The notes beneath the pieces were generated by a model. It ran no database searches. It saw nothing but the letters and a program-made list of their open reading frames with translations, and was not told the origin of the DNA. Below, in pieces: positions 1-7,415 of a DNA stretch of 50,785 nucleotides. The translations under genes and the position numbers were made by a program. How positions within the stretch are numbered: position 1 is the first letter of the stretch; each line of letters opens with the position of its first letter. The DNA is from a virus (Duplodnaviria > Caudoviricetes), in IMG/VR virus record IMGVR_UViG_3300031228_000007, positions 1 to 50,785 of that record; one strand, written 5' to 3'.

Positions 1-177
1 GTGAAGTCGTCGAACATCGAAATGACCGACGGCGAGGGAAGGTGGATCTGGTTGCCGTGATCGCCCGCGACAAATCCGCCTGTCGCGATCAGCGGGGAAC
101 CGCCCTTGAGACCGCCTGTGGTGCCTTCGGGGCCGAGGCCGATCTTGCGGCCATGAAGCGAGGTGAGAATCTTCGTC
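1..177. repeat. Terminal direct repeat copy 1 (circular overlap with 50609-50785)
   Basis: 177 bp identical to 50609-50785 except C128 vs T50736; indicates a circular/permuted genome of about 50,608 bp. Confidence 0.97.
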
Positions 178-179
178 AT
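1..179 (-). CDS. 5' part of a 279-aa beta-rich putative virion protein spanning the circular junction (continues at 49948-50785)
   Basis: ATG at 179 preceded by AGGAG; reads MTKILTSLHGRKIGLGPEG...ISMFDDFT, in frame with ORF 49948..50625. Confidence 0.85.
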   Translation of the reverse strand, partial: MTKILTSLHGRKIGLGPEGTTGGLKGGSPLIATGGFVAGDHGNQIHLPSPSVISMFDDF

Positions 180-242
180 GTTAGGCTCCTGCTTGATGCT
201 TTGTGCTTATGGAGATGCGCGTTCAGGCCCGACGCGCGCGGG

Positions 243-764
243 TCATTGAATGGTCGGCTGGCGATCCCTGCGGGCGCGGGCGATGACGAACAGCATCCGC
301 CGCACCGCCTCTTCATCGGAAACATCGCGGGTCTCGATCGGACCCCCGTCCTTGCCAGTCACCTCGTGCTTCTCCGTGAACATGCCGAGATGCTTGCCGA
401 GAAGTTCAGAGCCCTTCAGGACGGCGCGAGAGTCGAAGGCATAGGCTGGAGCTGCGTTCCCATCGGGCAATTCTGTCAGTACCGGGTCGCCCTTTCTGTC
501 GAGAACGGGACGCGCCTGCTTGCATCGCTCGACAGTCTCTACGATAGTCGAAAGGACGTAGGCTTGATCGATTTCGGCGCGAGCGGCTGCGGCGCCCAAT
601 ATCTCGTCGACCCGATTGCGAATGTTTTGCTTTGCTTTGAGCGTGGCAGCATTGCCTCGGTTCGGTCTATAGCCGGCGATCTCATAGGCTGCGTCGGCTG
701 TCTCACCATCGGCGAGGGCCTGAGCAAACCGTTCGTGTCGAGCATTGCTGAGCGGTCCTGACAT
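243..764 (-). CDS. terS: Terminase small subunit
   Basis: N-terminal HERFAQAL...AYEIAGY HTH; C-terminal ELLGKHLGMFTEKHEVTGKDGGPI motif typical of phage TerS. Confidence 0.9.
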   Translation of the reverse strand: MSGPLSNARHERFAQALADGETADAAYEIAGYRPNRGNAATLKAKQNIRNRVDEILGAAAARAEIDQAYVLSTIVETVERCKQARPVLDRKGDPVLTELPDGNAAPAYAFDSRAVLKGSELLGKHLGMFTEKHEVTGKDGGPIETRDVSDEEAVRRMLFVIARARRDRQPTIQ

Positions 765-903
765 TCGGGTCGCTCCGTGATTGGTTCCGGCGTTCGATCG
801 ATTTCCCGCTAGCCAATGGCCCCAGGCGCGTCGCGGGTTTGCCCTGAGAGGGATCGAAAGCCTCGGAGCCGCCGCCGGATGTCGGCTGGGAAAGGAGACG
901 CGC

Positions 904-1182
904 CTAGGAAACGGCGATGACCTTGTGGTTGGCGATCACGGCGAAGTCATACGGCTCGTCGGCGTTGAGCGGGAAAGTGTCGCCAGTTCCCGCAGGAGCC
1001 GCGCCGAACTCGACCGAACAATCTATGCTGGTGATGATCGTGACCATCGTCGTGCCGCGGTTGAAAGCCGCCGAGGCTGCTCCGTCGATATCGATCACCT
1101 GCTTTTCGATGAATGGCACGACGCGCAACGGTGTGTCCCCCCGAAGGGCCGCCATTTCGAATACCTGAACTTCGTCGGCCAT
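904..1182 (-). CDS. Small beta-rich hypothetical protein (possible virion accessory)
   Basis: 92 aa, AGGA-type RBS, late-operon orientation. Confidence 0.7.
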   Translation of the reverse strand: MADEVQVFEMAALRGDTPLRVVPFIEKQVIDIDGAASAAFNRGTTMVTIITSIDCSVEFGAAPAGTGDTFPLNADEPYDFAVIANHKVIAVS

Positions 1183-1193
1183 CTATCCTGTCC

Positions 1194-1541
1194 TTATGCG
1201 GCTGCGAGGCTGGTGATCTTGATGCGGGCGACGGTGTTGGAGTAACCGCGCAGCGCGATCTGGGAGCATTCGCCGAGGTTCGTGAACGTCAGGCTGTGCG
1301 CGCCCACGACGTTCGTCGGGGCGGTGTTTCCGCCGGCCTGCGCGACGAAGAAGACGGAGCCGGAGCTGAGGCTCTCGATCTCGAAATCCACGGTATAGTC
1401 CGTCGCCTCCAGCATCGGCTCGGCAAGGTCGAGCGTGGCCTGGGGCTGCGTGCTTCCGAGCATTTCGACCGCGCCGTCGCACGCCTTGGTGTTGCGGGCG
1501 TTGGTGTAACCTTCGACGGCAAGCGGGGCGTTCACGAACAT
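1194..1541 (-). CDS. Beta-sandwich/CBM-like hypothetical virion protein
   Basis: ATG 1541 after AAGGAAAGGA; MFVNAPLAVEG...; alternating beta-strand pattern YTVDFEIESLSSGSVFF. Confidence 0.7.
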   Translation of the reverse strand: MFVNAPLAVEGYTNARNTKACDGAVEMLGSTQPQATLDLAEPMLEATDYTVDFEIESLSSGSVFFVAQAGGNTAPTNVVGAHSLTFTNLGECSQIALRGYSNTVARIKITSLAAA

Positions 1542-1555
1542 GGTTGTTCCTTTCC

Positions 1556-2767
1556 TTAGATAAAGATGAGGTTGTCGATGCTGATGTCGCGGCCTGAAAC
1601 GGAGGCGGTATTCCACACACGAAGGTTTGTTCCTGAAGCGCCGCAGGTAAGTTCGACAGTATGTGTCCCGACTGTAATGGCGCCGTCGGCATTTGCGCCG
1701 CCACCTAGCGTGAACCTGAGGAACGGTACGCTCAAAACACTCGACACCTCATATTGTAGTGTCACCGTATCATTCTCGACCACGCCAGAGACTTCGGCTT
1801 CGGCCCAAGTGTTGTTGGGGTCGCTCCCGCCGAGGAAATTGAGCGTACCGCTGCCGATGGTGACGCTCGCCGTCCCGCCCGTGTCGTTGAGCGTCCAGCC
1901 GTCCGCATTGTCGAACGTGCCGTTGGTTATGGTGGGAACGTCAGGATCGGCAGAAGCCGCGCCAACGGCCTGCAAATAGGTGCTGAGCGCGTTGCGGGTC
2001 GCGTCCCGCTCCGTATCGTCCAGATATTCGCCGAAATGGACTGCGGCGTAGCGGCGGGTGCTGAAGCTCGACGGAGAACCCGCGCTGTTGAAGCATCCGA
2101 TGAAGAAGTTGGCGGAAGTAGGCGTCTGCGAGGCTATGGCGGTGGTGTCCGCCGCTTCCAGCTCGCAGATTATCTCCATGTTCGCAGAATCAGGGCGGGC
2201 AACGCAGGTCCAGCCGAGCGGCCTGTCGGCATCCGTCACCGTGGCGTTGAGGCCGCTGGCGCCGTTGATGCGGGCGGTTATGCTGGTGGAGCTTGCGGCA
2301 GAGTTTCCCCTGCTGTTCGTGTTGCCGAAATCGTTGACGGCTGCTGCCGAGCCATCCTGAACCCACCAGCCGTAATGCGCGCTGTCCTGAACATAGTTCG
2401 GAGTCGATGCCGTGGCCGGGTTGAAGCCGGTGTCGAGATAGCTTGTCGAGCCGTCGCCGGCGTATCCCCGGTCGGCCGTGAACGTCGGCGCGCTTACCGC
2501 TGTGAGGTTGAAGACGTCGGCGATCCAGTTGAGCCGTGCCGCCTGTGCGTCGTGCGCGGCCATGACGTAGAGCGCGTCGAGCTTCGCCCATACCCCCGCC
2601 GTCTTGAGCGAGCCTACGAGCGTGTCGATCCGCTGCTTGCGCAAGCGCGTCGGAGCAGTGGTCATCCGCGCGACCAGCGCCGAGGCTTCGGCGTTGGTGA
2701 AGACGTAGGGGGCGGGCACGCGCGACGACGAAAAACCGAGCCGACCGCCAAACCCCAGCTCCAGCAC
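1556..2767 (-). CDS. Putative virion fibre/decoration protein with lectin-like core and C-terminal CBM-like domain
   Basis: 403 aa, Thr/Ser/Gly/Ala rich; GVWAKLDALYV...PTFTADRGYAGDGSTSYLDTGFNP; C-terminal TNGTFDNADGW...IDNL module. Confidence 0.65.
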   Translation of the reverse strand: MLELGFGGRLGFSSSRVPAPYVFTNAEASALVARMTTAPTRLRKQRIDTLVGSLKTAGVWAKLDALYVMAAHDAQAARLNWIADVFNLTAVSAPTFTADRGYAGDGSTSYLDTGFNPATASTPNYVQDSAHYGWWVQDGSAAAVNDFGNTNSRGNSAASSTSITARINGASGLNATVTDADRPLGWTCVARPDSANMEIICELEAADTTAIASQTPTSANFFIGCFNSAGSPSSFSTRRYAAVHFGEYLDDTERDATRNALSTYLQAVGAASADPDVPTITNGTFDNADGWTLNDTGGTASVTIGSGTLNFLGGSDPNNTWAEAEVSGVVENDTVTLQYEVSSVLSVPFLRFTLGGGANADGAITVGTHTVELTCGASGTNLRVWNTASVSGRDISIDNLIFI

Positions 2768-2904
2768 TAGGCCAGATTCCCCAGCAGGACGTACAGCGTC
2801 GCACAGGCCAGCCCCGCGGCGATGAGGTTGAACCGTGACGCAACCCCAATGGCCGCGATCACGAACAGGACGAAAGCCGCTACCAAAAGGATCAGTGCGA
2901 GCAT
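2767..2904 (-). CDS. 45-aa two-TM membrane protein (not in ORF track)
   Basis: MLALILLVAAFVLFVIAAIGVASRFNLIAAGLACATLYVLLGNLA; AAGGAG RBS; TAGTG coupling to next gene. Confidence 0.75.
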   Translation of the reverse strand: MLALILLVAAFVLFVIAAIGVASRFNLIAAGLACATLYVLLGNLA

Positions 2905-2916
2905 GTTGCGTCTCCT

Positions 2917-3192
2917 TCAGGCCGCTAGTCGGGCGGCGACCAGTTCTGGCACCTTGTCGCGCAGGATGTCCTGAGACACGCTGCCATCATCGGCGACGTA
3001 GGCTTCGCGCCCTAGAATCTTGCCGATCTGATCGACCAGCCCGCGATAGTAGTCCTCATTGCGAGAGAAGCGGCACGCCTCTTCGATCCAGAAATTGCGG
3101 TCAGCGATGGCTTCCTCAAGCGTTTCCGGCAACGGCAACTGAGCGATATAAGCCGCCACGCGCGCATTGATCCGCTCCTGCTCGGCCATCAT
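2917..3192 (-). CDS. Hypothetical protein
   Basis: 91 aa, AGGAG RBS; flanked by 12-bp direct repeat. Confidence 0.8.
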   Translation of the reverse strand: MMAEQERINARVAAYIAQLPLPETLEEAIADRNFWIEEACRFSRNEDYYRGLVDQIGKILGREAYVADDGSVSQDILRDKVPELVAARLAA

Positions 3193-3314
3193 GGGTTGCG
3201 TCTCCTGGTGTTTCCCGCCGCGCGCTATCGCTCACCAGCCGAAAGGGGAGTGAGACTGTGGCAATGGCGGCGGCGGGTCCGCGCTATGGGGGAGGCGCGG
3301 AATCTGTGGATCAG

Positions 3315-3857
3315 TTAGAATGCTTTCTCGGCGGCCTTCCGCGCTTGGTCTACCAGGCGCCGAGAGGACCGCGCGAAATGGAGAAGCGTCACCATCCCGA
3401 AGTCAGGCAACAGGCCGGTTTCCTTCCAGTTCGCCAAGTCGCTTTCAGGCACCAGCAGAAACTCGGCTGCCTCGTACAGGTTGAACTCAACTTCCTCGGC
3501 GTCGACAAGGATCATCTCGCTCGGAACATAGCGAGGCGCGGGGCGGCTCCGGCCTATCATCCGTGACATTCTCGCCGCGCCGCAGTTGTTATATTCCGGC
3601 GCGTGCTTCCGAATGTAGTGGCCCTCGATCTCCGTCAGTCGGTCGATCGTGCAGGGGATGAAGGCAACGGAGTCGAATACCTTTCGCCGGTCGCCTAGAT
3701 GAGCATCAAGCCGCAGCTTCAGCGTGCGCGTCTGCCCGACGTACACCAGCTCATCCTTATGGTAGAGGAAATACACGCCCGCTCGCATCAGATCCGATGT
3801 CATAAACTCGGATATGTGGACGGGAGCCGGGATCGTGGGTATGAAGTCGAAAGCCAT
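3315..3857 (-). CDS. GIY-YIG domain protein with C-terminal HTH-like segment
   Basis: GVYFLY...VYVGQT..L..RL..H motif; C-terminal NLYEAAEFLLVPESDLANW. Confidence 0.8.
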   Translation of the reverse strand: MAFDFIPTIPAPVHISEFMTSDLMRAGVYFLYHKDELVYVGQTRTLKLRLDAHLGDRRKVFDSVAFIPCTIDRLTEIEGHYIRKHAPEYNNCGAARMSRMIGRSRPAPRYVPSEMILVDAEEVEFNLYEAAEFLLVPESDLANWKETGLLPDFGMVTLLHFARSSRRLVDQARKAAEKAF

Positions 3858-3946
3858 GGCGGGTGTCTCCGCTGCGGTCAGGGCCGAGGCTGACGTTAGC
3901 GCGTCGCTTCGGCCCGCTGTGGGCGCGATTTCCCACTTAGCCGCTC

Positions 3947-3975
3947 CCCTTAACTTAGCTGCGCACCGCCGTCAA
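3947..3975 (-). promoter_or_regulatory. Putative late (pR'-like) sigma70 promoter
   Basis: TTGACG-17-TAAGGG just after the last early gene; followed by hairpins (3881-3915). Confidence 0.5.
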
Positions 3976-3997
3976 CTGGGTTTCTTTCCGCAACGGA

Positions 3998-4582
3998 TCA
4001 GAGCCTGCGCCACATCCCGATCAGGCTCGCCGTGAACGCCACCGTCGTTCGCGCTGCGTCGACGGCGGAGCGGCTGTTGTTCGCCAGCCTGGAGCCGGCC
4101 GCGCCAGCTTCCTCGTCAAAGCGAACTACGTTCTCATAGCATTGCCAGAACGGGCGGGGCACGCGCTCTGCCAAGCGGCTCAACTCACAGATCGCCTCCT
4201 GCTGCGCCCAGCCCAGCGGCTGGTCTACTCGGTCAGCCGAATGGTCTATGGCCGCCAAGTGCCCCTCGGCGCGCGTCCACAGGTTCTGACAATAGCGGAT
4301 AGCCCTGCGCTCGCTCTCCCCGAACAGGCGCTCTTGCGGCTTGCGCTTCTCGTCATTGCTCAACCATCGCTCGATCGCCGTCCCGCCGCGATTCAGCAGC
4401 ACCGGGATCATGCTCATGCGCCGGCCGCCAAGTTCACCAGACAGATCGACCATTGTCCCGCGCACCATGCCGCCACGCTGAACCTGTTCGAACGGAACGC
4501 CGATCTTGATCGCCAGCTCCGCGCCCTGTTGCTCAGGTGATTTCATCTCGCGAGGCTTCGCACCCGCGCGCTTTCTCCCCAT
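3998..4582 (-). CDS. Putative late-gene transcription regulator (Q-position, DUF6456-like)
   Basis: 194 aa from ATG 4582 (TGATG coupling); last gene of the replication operon; helical C-terminus typical of alphaproteobacterial phage regulators at this position. Confidence 0.5.
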   Translation of the reverse strand: MGRKRAGAKPREMKSPEQQGAELAIKIGVPFEQVQRGGMVRGTMVDLSGELGGRRMSMIPVLLNRGGTAIERWLSNDEKRKPQERLFGESERRAIRYCQNLWTRAEGHLAAIDHSADRVDQPLGWAQQEAICELSRLAERVPRPFWQCYENVVRFDEEAGAAGSRLANNSRSAVDAARTTVAFTASLIGMWRRL

Positions 4583-4671
4583 CAGGTTTTCTCCATGGTC
4601 GCAGCAAGGCCGAGCGTGTGGCGACCAGAGGTCCGCAAAATGATCCAGCCGTTTTCGTGGAATGCCATCAT
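4582..4671 (-). pseudogene. 29-aa stub resembling the N-terminus of phage NusG-like antiterminators
   Basis: MMAFHENGWIILRTSGRHTLGLAATMEKT*; W-x-I-L-R-T...TL-x-LA start of an NGN domain, then stop. Confidence 0.5.
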
Positions 4672-4738
4672 CCGCCTCCCGTGGTTGGGCCGAGCCCCCG
4701 CCCGCAGTAGGCACACCAGCCGAGGATGGGGCGGGCCA

Positions 4739-6220
4739 TCAGGTGGCGGCCTGGGTGGGGGCTTCGCGGTAGGACGAGCTGCGGAAATCATATTCGATCT
4801 CGGCGCATCCCTCCTTGCCGGGAAGGCCCATCTTGACCTTCACGACGTAGACCTTGGCGAGGTTCGTTTCCTTGTTCGGTCGCGTGTAGACGAGCCCGTA
4901 ATCCGGCTTGTTCGCCCAGTTCGCCGAGCCGGAGATGTGATAGAGGCCGGGCACTTGCGCCTTGCCGTCGTGCTGCGGCTTGGTTGGATGCGCGACCAGC
5001 CAGACCGCCACCTGATGCTGCTGCGCGAACCGCCGGAGCGCCCGCAGCGCCCGCCCGACATATTCGGTCTCGGTCTCGTCGACGCGCCGCTTGTGCTCGA
5101 TCTCGTTCCACGGGTCGAGGATCAGCACCTTGGCGCCGTCACGCTGGACCGCGACGCGGGCAAGCTCGAGCACGTCCTCCAGCGTCATCTCCTGCTCTTC
5201 GCCGACCATCTGCGCGATGACGTTGAGGTGGGCGTCGATCAGCTTGTCGGCCGCCAGGATGTCCTCGACGGGGATGGAATATTCCTGGCAGCGGATGATG
5301 GCGGCGCGCAGCCGGCGCTCGAGGATCGGCCGCGGCATGGTCTCGAAAGTGCCGAGCGCGACGCCGATGCTGGATCGCAGCAGGTGGGCGACGATTGCCA
5401 TCGTGAGGCTCGTCTTGCCCTGCCCCGCCCAGCCGGTGAGAACGGTGAGCGTGCCCGGCACGACGTTGATGAGCGCGGACAGGCCGGGGACGCCGATCGG
5501 GATCGAGTTGAGCGGCGGCGGCTCTGGGAAGTCCTTGACCTTGAACAGGCCGCGCACCGGGACCGGCTTGGCTGCATTGAGCACGCGCGCCGCTTCCTCC
5601 GCGCCATGCCGCAGCAACACGTCGTTCAGGTCTTTCAGCACCTCGCCTTCATGGCTCGGATATTCGACAAAGCTGCATCGGTCGGCACCGAGCAGGGCGA
5701 CGAGATCGTGGCGGAGCGCGATGCCTGGTCCGTCGCCGTCGGTGGCGAGGATGAACCGCTTGACCCTCAGCAGATCGTCGCGGGAGCGCCAGAGATATTC
5801 ATATCGTTTCGCGTTCGCTACGTCGTCGGTCGTCTGGGCCGGCGCCCCGTTCGGCACGGAGACGGCCCGCCACCCGAGCTGCAGGGCGATCATCGCATCC
5901 CACTCGCCCTCGCAAATGACCACCGGCCGGTCCGATTCCTCGATCAGGCAGTCGTGGTTCCACAAACAGAGCGGGCTCCCTTCGTCCATCTGATGTCGCT
6001 TCTCGGACACCAGCCGGTACTTGTGATTGATCGTCCGCCCGCGCTCGACATAGGGCACCGCCAGCCACGCGCGGCCGTCTCGCTGCACCGTCGCCAGCCC
6101 GAGCTTGCGGGCGAGCTCGGCGGAAATCCCCCGGGCTTCGATCCAGGCGGCGTGCTTCGGATGGAGGGCCGACGGCGCCGTCGAAGCTGCATCCATTGTG
6201 GCAGTGCCAGATCCATCCAT
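4739..6220 (-). CDS. Primase-helicase (TOPRIM + SF4/DnaB-like, T7 gp4/Twinkle type) lacking an in-frame zinc-binding domain
   Basis: TOPRIM ICEGEWDA and ATDGDGPG; Walker A GWAGQGKTS; Walker B LILDPWNE; LVAHP and ISGSANW motifs; start could be 6220 or 6196. Confidence 0.92.
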   Translation of the reverse strand: MDGSGTATMDAASTAPSALHPKHAAWIEARGISAELARKLGLATVQRDGRAWLAVPYVERGRTINHKYRLVSEKRHQMDEGSPLCLWNHDCLIEESDRPVVICEGEWDAMIALQLGWRAVSVPNGAPAQTTDDVANAKRYEYLWRSRDDLLRVKRFILATDGDGPGIALRHDLVALLGADRCSFVEYPSHEGEVLKDLNDVLLRHGAEEAARVLNAAKPVPVRGLFKVKDFPEPPPLNSIPIGVPGLSALINVVPGTLTVLTGWAGQGKTSLTMAIVAHLLRSSIGVALGTFETMPRPILERRLRAAIIRCQEYSIPVEDILAADKLIDAHLNVIAQMVGEEQEMTLEDVLELARVAVQRDGAKVLILDPWNEIEHKRRVDETETEYVGRALRALRRFAQQHQVAVWLVAHPTKPQHDGKAQVPGLYHISGSANWANKPDYGLVYTRPNKETNLAKVYVVKVKMGLPGKEGCAEIEYDFRSSSYREAPTQAAT

Positions 6221-6329
6221 TTTCCGTCTCCGTTACGCTCAGACACCTGTCCCGCTTGTTCTTTCGCTGGTGCGAGCAGTTCGGGCACAGCTGCTTGCCG
6301 GCGCGACGGGGCCTCCAGTCGCTCAGCAT
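5799..6329 (-). CDS. Primase-type zinc-binding domain ORF overlapping the primase-helicase in another frame
   Basis: ATG 6329 overlaps the DUF1376 stop; KQLCPNCSHQRKNKRDRCLSV...WIWHCHNGCSFDG is a T7-gp4/Twinkle-like Zn ribbon; remaining residues look like out-of-frame junk. Confidence 0.75.
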   Translation of the reverse strand: MLSDWRPRRAGKQLCPNCSHQRKNKRDRCLSVTETENGWIWHCHNGCSFDGAVGPPSEARRLDRSPGDFRRARPQARAGDGAARRPRVAGGALCRARADDQSQVPAGVREATSDGRREPALFVEPRLPDRGIGPAGGHLRGRVGCDDRPAARVAGRLRAERGAGPDDRRRSERETI

Positions 6330-7033
6330 ATCGGCCGCTCCGGCTCTGGAGGGTCTTGCGCGTGGCGGCGGAAATAGCCCTCGACATAAGCGATCGGCTC
6401 GACGGCGTGCTCGATCTGCGCCGCAGTGAGGGCGCGCGCGGTCTCTTCCTTGCCGTGGTCGCGGAGCCACTTGCCGACCAGCGCGCCCGGGTTCTTGACG
6501 GTCCGCCCGAGATAGCCTTTCGCCGTATCCCAGAAATCCTTTTCCAGGTCGGCCGCGGCAGGCCGGGCCTGCCCGTTAGATTCTTTATCTAACGGAATAG
6601 TGGAGTAGGAGTAGGGTAGGTCACAATCCGGCTTTGCCCCGGCCACAGCCGGAGCCTGACCACTTTCTGCCCCGGCTAAATGCCGCTTGTTGTATTTCAG
6701 AGACTTAGCTTTGCCGCCCTTCTTGCCCTTCTCAGACTGAGTTTCTCGAAACCGTTTGACAGCATCGCGTTCGTCGCTCAATCTTTCCTGCATCCAGGCG
6801 CCGTCCTCGACACGAAAAAACGGCTCCAGAATTGGCCGAAGGCGCTTCCATTGCCCGGGGCTGCAGCGAGCATAGCGTGCCAGCATTTTATCATCGTCCG
6901 GCAGCGAACAATCGCGCGTCCGCCATGCCGTAATAAGCAGCAGCAGATACGCGCCGTGCTCGATCGTCGTGAGGTGCGTCGTGTCGCCGAGATAGGCGTC
7001 GGTCCAGAGCGGGAGGGCGGGGAACTCAGCCAC
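6323..7033 (-). CDS. DUF1376 (YdaU-like) replication initiator
   Basis: FPALPLWTDAYLGDTTHLTTIEHGAYLLLL...LPDDDKMLARY signature. Confidence 0.9.
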   Translation of the reverse strand: MAEFPALPLWTDAYLGDTTHLTTIEHGAYLLLLITAWRTRDCSLPDDDKMLARYARCSPGQWKRLRPILEPFFRVEDGAWMQERLSDERDAVKRFRETQSEKGKKGGKAKSLKYNKRHLAGAESGQAPAVAGAKPDCDLPYSYSTIPLDKESNGQARPAAADLEKDFWDTAKGYLGRTVKNPGALVGKWLRDHGKEETARALTAAQIEHAVEPIAYVEGYFRRHAQDPPEPERPIC

Positions 7034-7233
7034 TACGCCGTCTCCAGCTGGTAGGCTTCGATCAGCAGCTGGGCGTCATCAGCCCCGATTCCATCCAATT
7101 CGTACAGGGCGACGATGATCGCCTTCCGCCGCGCCGGCTCCGCGACGTCGTTGAGCATCGCCTGAACCTTCGCCATGCGTCCCGCCCGCGCCATGATGGG
7201 CGCGATGATCTCGCCGATCGGCCGCGCGCTCAC
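7033..7233 (-). CDS. Hypothetical protein
   Basis: GTG 7233, coupled on both sides; MSARPIGEII...YQLETA, 66 aa. Confidence 0.7.
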   Translation of the reverse strand: MSARPIGEIIAPIMARAGRMAKVQAMLNDVAEPARRKAIIVALYELDGIGADDAQLLIEAYQLETA

Positions 7234-7415
7234 AGCCCCGGCTCCACGATGACGACCACGCCGCCGTGTGGTCGCGCAAGGGCGGCCAGCGCATGGTCCA
7301 GCGCCGCCCCGGGCGTCTCGCCGCGCATCCGGTGACCGTTCGGCCCGACCGACCACGCCGCCTGCTCGCCGACCGGCCAGATATGCACGCGCGGGCGGGC
7401 GTCGGCGTTCTTCAT
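7230..7415 (-). CDS. Hypothetical protein
   Basis: ATGA coupling to RuvC-like gene; MKNADARPRVHIWPVG..., 61 aa. Confidence 0.6.
   Translation of the reverse strand: MKNADARPRVHIWPVGEQAAWSVGPNGHRMRGETPGAALDHALAALARPHGGVVVIVEPGL

Noticed and set aside
841-866. Hammerhead-like CTGAGAG...GAAA
   Set aside because: Does not fit the CUGANGA core and lacks a proper stem II.
4595-6592. 665-aa plus-strand ORF
   Set aside because: Antisense shadow of the primase-helicase in high-GC DNA; no motifs.
6600-6680. TGCCCCGGC and GAGTAG repeats inside the DUF1376 gene as ori iterons
   Set aside because: Only two short copies each; position is suggestive but the evidence is insufficient.
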